Shown here in pieces: positions 19,145-26,418 of a stretch of DNA of 29,170 bases. The first letter of the stretch is position 1. Each line of letters opens with the position of its first letter. Under the pieces are notes generated by a model. It was given only the letters and a program-made list of their open reading frames with translations, made no database searches and had not been told where the DNA came from. Origin of the DNA: a virus (taxonomy: Duplodnaviria > Heunggongvirae > Uroviricota > Caudoviricetes); the IMG/VR virus record IMGVR_UViG_3300031787_000010, positions 137,429 through 166,598 of that record, one strand, 5' to 3'. The position numbers were made by a program, and so were the translations under genes.

Positions 19145-20068
19145 TTACAGAGTCTTAATTTGTTTATTTTTGAAATCTATTCCTGAAAATTGCTCGTACT
19201 CATCTAGAGTTCGATGTGTACCCAGACCGTATTTACCCAGATCACCACCTTCAAATAACCTTCGAAGTCGTTCCATCGCAACTTTATGTCTATACTGTCC
19301 AAATTCCGGTGGTAGTACGGTAAAGTGTTTTTTGTTTGGTTCGTTATGTGCTCTATGCCACGATACTATTCTATCGGGCGTGTATATATCATATCCTTTT
19401 GTATACGATCTTACGGCTAAAGCAAATTCTTCACCAGTATAATAATGTAATGGATCTTGTTCCACTTCAACTACCCATTGGCCGTCTGAAAATATAAACC
19501 CACCATATAGTACGGGGACTCTTACATTTTTATATCCAGTACGCTGTTCATTTTCATATCCACCGTATTCAATCCAGTATTGACTAGTTATATTTTTTAT
19601 TTTAGGTATTTGTATTTTATCCATATCAAATATATTACTAAACAAATAGTCTATACCATATTCGTCATTTCTAGAGTATGATGGAGATAAATATGAAATT
19701 ATAGGTTTTGGTGATATGTTTCTTAAATTTTCTATATTTCGTATTAACACGGAGTCCCAATGTTTTATAACCCGAGTGTGTGAATCTATTTGTAATGCAT
19801 ATCTTTCATTTGCATAATATTTCTGTGCTATATTTCTTGCCCAACAACCACCTCTTGATTCTGTCCAATGGTGCAATTCTAAATGTATTGGATACTTGCC
19901 GAGTAAATGATTGATGCAGTTTTCATTCGTCTCTGGCTCTTCATCAAATTGGTGCACTACAGAAAATACTAATCTTTGAGGATTTTCGGCTTTACTAATT
20001 AGGTCTAGTATGGTATGTGGTAGTTCATAATCACGAAAACTTGCAATTGCTATAAAGATTTTTTCCAT
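19145..20068 (-). CDS. GT60-like polypeptide alpha-GlcNAc transferase (Skp1-Hyp Gnt1 / trypanosomatid mucin OGNT family)
   Basis: IFIAIASFRD.EL..TI, S+G.CWAR, LQIDSH.R....WD, GGFIFS, YYTGEE, RSYTKGYDIY.P...WH are the hallmarks of the GlcNAc transferase (PF11397-type) family. Confidence 0.82.
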   Translation of the reverse strand: MEKIFIAIASFRDYELPHTILDLISKAENPQRLVFSVVHQFDEEPETNENCINHLLGKYPIHLELHHWTESRGGCWARNIAQKYYANERYALQIDSHTRVIKHWDSVLIRNIENLRNISPKPIISYLSPSYSRNDEYGIDYLFSNIFDMDKIQIPKIKNITSQYWIEYGGYENEQRTGYKNVRVPVLYGGFIFSDGQWVVEVEQDPLHYYTGEEFALAVRSYTKGYDIYTPDRIVSWHRAHNEPNKKHFTVLPPEFGQYRHKVAMERLRRLFEGGDLGKYGLGTHRTLDEYEQFSGIDFKNKQIKTL

Positions 20069-20070
20069 TT

Positions 20071-22842
20071 TTAGATCCGTCTAAATTTAATTGACAAGTA
20101 ATCCTCCAATTCTTCTAATGAACGAGAATATGAATTGGAAGTATTAAAAAGTATATCATTTATAATTTCAACAGACTTGTCTGTTATTTCATTATGATTT
20201 GTTTTTCTGTATACGGTGCCGTCCAAGTCATGTATATTATAATTATGCCATACTGTCGCCTCAGCGGGTAATTTTATATCCCATCCTTTTAAATAAGATA
20301 AGAACGTTTGTGCTTCTTCTTCACCTTTAGATTTTATTTGCATAGGTACTTGTATATCTCCAGTCCATTCGATTGGTGCAAATATAAATCCTGCACCTAT
20401 CCATTTGTTGTCGAATATTTCGTACTTATCCATTGCTACTAAATTTTTTGTAACTAATCTGTTATCTATTGGATTAACATTTTCAACATCCATATGTCCA
20501 CTAATAACTAATGGGGCATTAGTTTTTATAGATAAAAAGTTTTTTTCCGTATCGGTAAGTTCGAATCCATTTGGATATGTAGAGAATACCACTTTTTTGT
20601 TTGGCATACTTCTATATTGATTTATTAGTATACCATCCCAATTTTGTTTAAATCTACTGTGTGCGTCAATCTGCAAAAAGAAATCCTCATCAGTTATTAA
20701 TTCTTGCTTTATTCTTTCACGCGCCCAAACAACTCCCAGAGAATCTTCATCTGGAGTAAATAATATTTTCATGTTTGGAAAATTTTCATTAAGTAATTCT
20801 TTATGATATTCTTCGTTATCTTGAAGATGGACACCTACCATAATTCGTGATGAGTCTTGTGCCGTTTCATATAAATTTCTTAATGTAGTTAATAACTGGC
20901 GGTCGCAATAGCTAGCTACAGAAACAAATATTTTTTTAGGTTTAAAATCCCAGGCGTCTTTAAATTCTCGTGCCCAATTACCTATGAATCTTTTTGTTTC
21001 AGTAGAATCACATTGCTCATCTTGATTAAACGTACTAGTATTGATATAAAAGTTTTTATCTTCTATATCTTTCATATATCCTCGAAGTCTGTATATATAC
21101 GAGGAAAGAGTGGAATAATCGTTACCTATAAACTTTATAGATCTTGTACATATGAGTTGTTCTATTATCGGAATAAAATTATAGTGCACATTTTCTAGTT
21201 TTGCTAAATGTGCAATATCTTCGTAATAGTGTAACTGATAGTGTTGGGCAAGTTTGTCAAAAAATGATTTATCGGTATGGTCTGTTGCAATATACAATGT
21301 GGAACCATCTGGTATTATATCTTTGATATTATCATAGATTTGCTCCGCTGTAATGAACAAATGCTTATACTGAAAATCATTTCTTCTTATGTGGATTGCA
21401 TAGTATTTTCTGTCTCCCAACACTTCTATTGCCCGCCAACCCAATTCCATTAATTTAGGAGTGTAATGAACGTGCCGTGCTATTAATTTTTTAAGTTCTA
21501 CGTCAAATGTCGTATATATGGTTTGATAAAAATTTCCTAACAATTTACCATCAAAAAATAAACACTCATTGTGACCAAGTAGTTCAATCATATCAGTTAC
21601 AGAACGTCCATGTTTAAATGATTCGTCTGGTAGTGATTCTGTAAAATTTAAAACGTGAAATTCTGGTTCTGTTATGGTTTTACTAATTTCTGCAACTGCT
21701 TCGAACGTAGGAGTAATATTTTTCAGTCTACAGAAATCAAAAAAAGACATTGTTTTTATTCCTAAATCAGACATATCAAAAAAATCTTCTAGCCCAAACG
21801 TATCTTTTAGCAAATACATATTATACTTTGGAGGTAGTACTAATGTCTTATTCGTTAAATATGCTATACAAACCGCCAGTTCTAATGACATTCGTATGTT
21901 GTTAAATCCACCCGGCCACGGTTTTAAAATAATATATCCGGTTTTACCAGTGTAATTGTTAAATATATTAGAAAAATTCCATTTTAAATGGTACAGATAA
22001 TCCGTTCTTTCTTGTGCAATATTAGATAACAAAAGTTCATCTAATTTGTTTCTTGCTCTATTTACGTCTATTTGCATATTCTGATTGTGTGTGTAATCTT
22101 GTTTGAAAAATAAAGAATTATTATTCGCATCAAATATTTCATTCGGGAAATGTGCGATAAGACTGACTTCATTACTGTCATTTTCTTTCCATGCCGTACA
22201 GAATCCAAAGTCCTCTACGTATTGAATTTTTAAATTGTTCTTTTTAACTGCGTAATCCAATCCCCACATTTCAGATTCCCATCGTTTCGTTTCACGTTTA
22301 ATTTGCTCTGAACTGGTAATATAATCGTCTATTATTTTTTTTAATGTACCAAACTTAATACAAAATGGATACATCACACCAAACCCGTCTCTATCATTTT
22401 CAATTTTCCAATTCTGTAACGGTGCGTAGTGAATAAATCTTTGTGCTATAATTTCGTTATATTTAGGAACAAATTCTACTGGATGTAAAAATATCATATC
22501 TGGGTCTAGAAATAATAAATTATCTTCGTCTTTAAAAGAAGAGTTATCGCATAACCATTTTATCGACATGAATTTATTTGGTATAGCTCCCCACCAATAT
22601 TTTTCACCACGTTTTGATTCTGATTCTAGATTTTCCCATTCTGTAGCATAATCTGGTAAATCTATTACTACTACATCCGTGTCTGTGTATTCATCCAACG
22701 GTCTATTTCTACCCATCGGATCTGCACATCGTAATAACACAAGTTTACCTGATTGCTTTACTTTCTTCCGTGACCAGTTTAATAAACGACACTGCCACGA
22801 TTGATACTCACTATTACTAGTTGGTACTATGATATAATCCAT
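20071..22842 (-). CDS. Three-domain glycosyltransferase: GT96 (peptidyl-Ser alpha-galactosyltransferase, SGT1)/GT95-like + GDP-fucose O-fucosyltransferase-like + GT60-like
   Basis: aa ~1-230: YQSWQ..L.WS.KK.KQSGKL..L.CAD, NK..SIKWL, LFLDPDMIF, WESEMWG. aa ~300-590: GGFNNIR...E.A..IA.L..KTLVLPP, YAIHIRRNDF, LYIATD, IEQLIC...FIG...STLSSYI.RLR. aa ~636-923: IFVSVASYCD, SLGVVWAR, LQIDAHSRF..NWD, GAGFIF, GEE, WH. Confidence 0.78.
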   Translation of the reverse strand: MDYIIVPTSNSEYQSWQCRLLNWSRKKVKQSGKLVLLRCADPMGRNRPLDEYTDTDVVVIDLPDYATEWENLESESKRGEKYWWGAIPNKFMSIKWLCDNSSFKDEDNLLFLDPDMIFLHPVEFVPKYNEIIAQRFIHYAPLQNWKIENDRDGFGVMYPFCIKFGTLKKIIDDYITSSEQIKRETKRWESEMWGLDYAVKKNNLKIQYVEDFGFCTAWKENDSNEVSLIAHFPNEIFDANNNSLFFKQDYTHNQNMQIDVNRARNKLDELLLSNIAQERTDYLYHLKWNFSNIFNNYTGKTGYIILKPWPGGFNNIRMSLELAVCIAYLTNKTLVLPPKYNMYLLKDTFGLEDFFDMSDLGIKTMSFFDFCRLKNITPTFEAVAEISKTITEPEFHVLNFTESLPDESFKHGRSVTDMIELLGHNECLFFDGKLLGNFYQTIYTTFDVELKKLIARHVHYTPKLMELGWRAIEVLGDRKYYAIHIRRNDFQYKHLFITAEQIYDNIKDIIPDGSTLYIATDHTDKSFFDKLAQHYQLHYYEDIAHLAKLENVHYNFIPIIEQLICTRSIKFIGNDYSTLSSYIYRLRGYMKDIEDKNFYINTSTFNQDEQCDSTETKRFIGNWAREFKDAWDFKPKKIFVSVASYCDRQLLTTLRNLYETAQDSSRIMVGVHLQDNEEYHKELLNENFPNMKILFTPDEDSLGVVWARERIKQELITDEDFFLQIDAHSRFKQNWDGILINQYRSMPNKKVVFSTYPNGFELTDTEKNFLSIKTNAPLVISGHMDVENVNPIDNRLVTKNLVAMDKYEIFDNKWIGAGFIFAPIEWTGDIQVPMQIKSKGEEEAQTFLSYLKGWDIKLPAEATVWHNYNIHDLDGTVYRKTNHNEITDKSVEIINDILFNTSNSYSRSLEELEDYLSIKFRRI

Positions 22843-23788
22843 ATTGTTCCCGTATCCAGTTAAATGTACGAGTCATTCCTTCTTCTAATGTAATAGCAGG
22901 TTCCCAATTTAACAATGCCTTTACTTTGTCATTATGTGAGTTTCTTCCACGTACTCCCAACGGTCCTTCAATATGTTTACGTTGGAGTTTGACACCAGCT
23001 GCATTTTCAATAATCGTAATTAATTCATTAACGGACACCATTCGGTCTGATCCAATATTAAATGCCGATTGATGTGGACTATCCATTACACGAATTGTTC
23101 CTTCGACTGCATCATCAATATACAAAAACGACCGTGTTTGCTCACCATCACCCCACACTTCAATCGTATCAGAGTTAGTGTGTAAAGCATGTGCGACTTT
23201 TCTACAGAGCGCGGCCGGTGCTTTTTCTCGTCCACCTTGCCACGTACCTACTGGACCGTAGACATTGTGGTATCGGACAATACGGGTTTCAATTCCAAAA
23301 TCTTCGGTGAAATGACGACACATGCGTTCCATAAACAGCTTTTCCCAACCATACCCATCTTCGGGATCGGCTGGGTATTCTGTACCTTCAATTAAAGGTT
23401 CTGGTTCTGTCGTGTTTTGTTTATACACAGGATAGACACAAGCGGTCGATGCGAAGAGAAACTTCTTTGCTCCGTTTAGGTGTGCTGCTTTTAATGTATT
23501 GGTGTCTGGAATAATGGATAACATACACAATGTCTTATTGTGTTCGATAAATCCCATTCCACCCATATCACACGCTAAATGATAGACTTCATCAATACCT
23601 TGCGTGGCGTTTAGAGCAACATCGTAATCCGTTAAGTCTCCGACGATGTTTTCTGCTGACTCGGTAATTTGATACCATTTATCAAACGGCTTTTTATCAA
23701 TTGCTCGTACTGTATATATTTCTGCTAATTTCTTTACTATATGTCCGGCAATAAACCCACCGGCTCCCGTAACCAATATTGTTTTCAT
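22817..23788 (-). CDS. GDP-D-mannose 3,5-epimerase (extended SDR)
   Basis: GAGGFIA, LACDMGGMGFI, YGWEK (YxxxK), GTWQGGREKAPAALCRK, WGDGEQTRSFLYIDD, GVRGRNS are characteristic of GME. Start at ATG 23788 is preferred because the AGAGG SD lies 8 nt upstream. Confidence 0.88.
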   Translation of the reverse strand: MKTILVTGAGGFIAGHIVKKLAEIYTVRAIDKKPFDKWYQITESAENIVGDLTDYDVALNATQGIDEVYHLACDMGGMGFIEHNKTLCMLSIIPDTNTLKAAHLNGAKKFLFASTACVYPVYKQNTTEPEPLIEGTEYPADPEDGYGWEKLFMERMCRHFTEDFGIETRIVRYHNVYGPVGTWQGGREKAPAALCRKVAHALHTNSDTIEVWGDGEQTRSFLYIDDAVEGTIRVMDSPHQSAFNIGSDRMVSVNELITIIENAAGVKLQRKHIEGPLGVRGRNSHNDKVKALLNWEPAITLEEGMTRTFNWIREQYGLYHSTN

Positions 23789-23882
23789 AACCATTTCCTC
23801 TTAATTATTTTTCAGTATTACAATTTAGTATATTCGTACTGTACTATAATACATATTTACGTTTTTACCTCACCAATTGATT

Positions 23883-25949
23883 TTACTCACACGAACTGTT
23901 CGATCCGCCGCAATCAATATAATTTGTACACGATAATACATATTCTGTACCATTACAAGTGTACAAATCTTGGCCCACACATTGAGTAGCTCCAAAAGTA
24001 CATGTTGCTGGTGATGGTGTTGGTGAAGGTGTTTCTGGTGAAGGTGTTACCGGTGAAGGTGTTACCGGTGAAGGCGTTGGTGCTACGGGTGGGCATGGTG
24101 TATTTTGACATTGCCCAGCACAGCAATATGCACACGGTGAACAATCTTGAGCATCAACACATGGTATTGTAGGACATTGTATTTCAGGCGAAGGCGTCAC
24201 TGGCGAAGGTGTTTCCGGCGAAGGCGTCACTGGCGAAGGTGTTACTGGTGAAGGCGTCACTGGCGAAGGTGTTACTGGTGAAGGCGTCACTGGCGAAGGT
24301 GTTACTGGTGAAGGCGTCACTGGCGAAGGTGTTACTGGTGAAGGCGTCACTGGCGAAGGTGTTACTGGTGAAGGCGTCACTGGCGAAGGTGTTACTGGTG
24401 AAGGCGTCACTGGTGAAGGCGTCACCGGCGAAGGCGTCACCGGTGAAGGCGTCACCGGCGAAGGTGTTACTGGTGAAGGCGTTACGGGCGCAGGCGTTTT
24501 TGTTGCAGACGGCGTAATACTTGGAGTAGTAGTAATACTTGGCGTAATAGATGGTGTAATAGAAGGCGTTCTAGTAATACTTGGTGTTCTAGTAATAGAC
24601 GGCGTAGTGGTAATACTTGGAGTAATACTTGGTGTTCTAGTAATAGACGGCGTAGTGGTAATACTTGGAGTAATACTTGGTGTTCTAGTAATAGAAGGCG
24701 TAGCGGTAATACTTGGCGTTCTAGTAATAGAAGGTGTAGTGGTAATAGACGGCGTTGTCGTAATACTTGGCGTAATACTTGGCGTAGTTGTTATTGATGG
24801 AGTTACTGTAGTACTTGGTGTTTTAGTAATTGAAGGGGTAGCAGTGACACTCGGTGTTACTGATGGCGTTACTACTCCTTGTGTACACGGCCAACACGTT
24901 CCGAGAGTAAGTGCTTCAGCAACTGCTGTACATCCACCACCAGTAGGATCTGGATAATTATTACAGCTTGGAACTGTAGTACACTCACAAAATACATAAT
25001 TAATTGTGGTAGCAGAAGGTGTTACCGATGGAGTTGGTGTATTAGTTGGTGTCGTAGTTACCGATGGGGTTGTTGTTATTGAGGGCGTTACCGTTGGGGT
25101 AACAGTTCTAGTAGTTGTTATCGACGGCGTTATTGATGGAGTTGCTGTTATTGATGGAGTTGCTGTTATTGATGGTGTAGTTGTTATAGAAGGTGTAAGA
25201 GTAGGCGTTGGTGTTACAGATTGATTTGTTGTTTGTGTTATTGATGGAGTTACTGTTCTAGTTGGAGTTATAGACGGTGTTGTGGTAATAGATGGTGTTG
25301 TGGTAATAGATGGTGTTCGTGTTAAACTTGGTGTAACAGTTATTGACGGTGTAATTGAAGGTGTAGATGTTATAGTTGGAGTAACCGTTATTGACGGTGT
25401 TGTTGTGATAGAAGGTGTTACTGTCACAGACGGTGTAATAGATGGTGTTCTAGTAATACTAGGCGTAGTAGTAACAGAAGGTGTGGTCGTAATAGACGGC
25501 GTAGTTGTGATACTCGGTGTTCTAGTGATAGAAGGCGTTCTGGTAACTGATGGTGTAGTTGTTATAGAAGGTGTTACAGTTACACTTGGGGTAACCGACG
25601 GCGTAGTTGTTACTGACGGTGTTACTGTCATCGTCGGGGTAGCTGTCGGTGTTTTTGTTGGGGTTATGGATGGAGAGGGAATTGGATAACATAAAAAATA
25701 ATTTTCTCTACCAGAATGCGGCGGTACTGATGGGTATGTGTCATAGGCATCCGTGACCGTAGTTAACGCATTATAATAACCAGGCGGACAACTTGTAGCT
25801 TGAATTCCAGGAGTACCTTTTGGTCCTATAACACCAACCAACGCACGTGCTGCTACAACAGATGGATTGTTTACTAATGCGTAAGCAGAACTAGCTGTTT
25901 GTGCGAAGGAACCCGTAGAAGGAATACCGAATGGAAAAAATACAGCCAC
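23883..25949 (-). CDS. Mucin/extensin-like Thr-Pro-Ser repeat protein with Cys-rich modules; probable virion surface or fibre protein
   Basis: 688 aa; GTG start with AGGAG SD 6 nt upstream. Two long blocks of TPS(I/V)T(T/R/A/V) hexapeptides, 20 tandem (V/E)TPSP pentapeptides, and three Cys-rich modules. The virion role is inferred. Confidence 0.8.
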   Translation of the reverse strand: MAVFFPFGIPSTGSFAQTASSAYALVNNPSVVAARALVGVIGPKGTPGIQATSCPPGYYNALTTVTDAYDTYPSVPPHSGRENYFLCYPIPSPSITPTKTPTATPTMTVTPSVTTTPSVTPSVTVTPSITTTPSVTRTPSITRTPSITTTPSITTTPSVTTTPSITRTPSITPSVTVTPSITTTPSITVTPTITSTPSITPSITVTPSLTRTPSITTTPSITTTPSITPTRTVTPSITQTTNQSVTPTPTLTPSITTTPSITATPSITATPSITPSITTTRTVTPTVTPSITTTPSVTTTPTNTPTPSVTPSATTINYVFCECTTVPSCNNYPDPTGGGCTAVAEALTLGTCWPCTQGVVTPSVTPSVTATPSITKTPSTTVTPSITTTPSITPSITTTPSITTTPSITRTPSITATPSITRTPSITPSITTTPSITRTPSITPSITTTPSITRTPSITRTPSITPSITPSITTTPSITPSATKTPAPVTPSPVTPSPVTPSPVTPSPVTPSPVTPSPVTPSPVTPSPVTPSPVTPSPVTPSPVTPSPVTPSPVTPSPVTPSPVTPSPVTPSPVTPSPETPSPVTPSPEIQCPTIPCVDAQDCSPCAYCCAGQCQNTPCPPVAPTPSPVTPSPVTPSPETPSPTPSPATCTFGATQCVGQDLYTCNGTEYVLSCTNYIDCGGSNSSCE
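24187..24486. repeat. 20 x 15-bp tandem repeat encoding (V/E)TPSP, containing 6 perfect 30-bp copies (24221-24400)
   Basis: The unit aaggcgtcactggcgaaggtgttactggtg occurs exactly at 24221, 24251, 24281, 24311, 24341 and 24371; flanking units differ at wobble positions. Confidence 0.95.
24574..24695. repeat. Perfect 48-bp tandem duplication (about 2.5 copies) within the hexapeptide repeat region
   Basis: gtaatacttggtgttctagtaatagacggcgtagtggtaatacttgga at 24574 and 24622, with a partial copy at 24670. Confidence 0.9.
25010..25680. repeat. Degenerate ~18-bp coding repeats (TPSITT/TPSVTV/TPSITR)
   Basis: The protein-level hexapeptide repeat has diverged synonymous positions; a second block lies at about 24500-24875. 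Confidence 0.9.
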
Positions 25950-25962
25950 AAAATTCTCCTAA

Positions 25963-26157
25963 TTATGTTGGAACAACAATTAACGTTGGTGAAGCATCTA
26001 CTTCTTTATACGGGTCACCAGGCAAACCTAGTAAATTTTCAGCGTAAGCGGCAAGTGCCGCGGTGGTAGGTGTATTTGCCGATGCAATAGTTACACTTGC
26101 CGAAACTGCGAAAGAAGTACTAATTGGTAATCCTAATGGTATAAATTGTATACTCAT
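25963..26157 (-). CDS. Small hypothetical protein, probably virion-associated
   Basis: 64 aa; FIPLGLPISTSFAVSAS motif shared with both neighbours; tight packing. Confidence 0.7.
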   Translation of the reverse strand: MSIQFIPLGLPISTSFAVSASVTIASANTPTTAALAAYAENLLGLPGDPYKEVDASPTLIVVPT

Positions 26158-26166
26158 ATGCCGACT

Positions 26167-26415
26167 CTAGTTAAAATTGCAAACTTCTTTTAACGAAGGA
26201 TTTGCTCTTAACTGTAAATACTGTTCATAGGTTATTTTACAAATTCCAGGAACTCCAAGATCGCCTTTTGATCCAGAAGTACCCGACTCTGCGAAAGAAG
26301 CTGTAAATACGTACATCAAGTATTGTGCATTATTTGCGTAAGACGAAGATAAGGCAAATGATGAGGTGTATAAACTTCCAGAAGCGTATGGATAAAAAGC
26401 TGAGCTAGTAGTCAT
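26167..26415 (-). CDS. Small hypothetical protein, probably virion-associated, with a short Gly-X-Y stretch
   Basis: 82 aa; FYPYASGSLYTSSFALSSSYA...TASFA...GSKGDLGVPG. Confidence 0.7.
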   Translation of the reverse strand: MTTSSAFYPYASGSLYTSSFALSSSYANNAQYLMYVFTASFAESGTSGSKGDLGVPGICKITYEQYLQLRANPSLKEVCNFN

Positions 26416-26418
26416 AGT

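Noticed and set aside
23795-23882. Sigma70-like promoter upstream of the epimerase
   Set aside because: Only weak -10-like hexamers appear in AT-rich DNA, with no convincing -35 at proper spacing.
23883-24180. Diversity-generating retroelement target at the C-terminus of the fibre-like gene
   Set aside because: No reverse transcriptase and no template/variable repeat pair differing at adenines is visible in the window.
24187-24486. Regular 30-bp repeats resembling a CRISPR array
   Set aside because: There are no unique spacers; the units are contiguous, in frame and encode (VTPSP)n; no cas genes are present.
24209-25689. Plus-strand ORFs (24209-24517, 24607-24957, 25006-25224, 25282-25689) with Val/Gly/Ile or AKV repeats
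   Set aside because: These are antisense shadows of the Thr/Pro/Ser repeats, which lack stops on the opposite strand; they have no SD or operon context.
19145-25949. Eukaryotic or giant-virus (NCLDV) origin suggested by the eukaryote-like enzymes
   Set aside because: SD sites, coupled operon structure, absence of introns, tail/baseplate genes and a peptidoglycan peptidase all indicate a bacteriophage.
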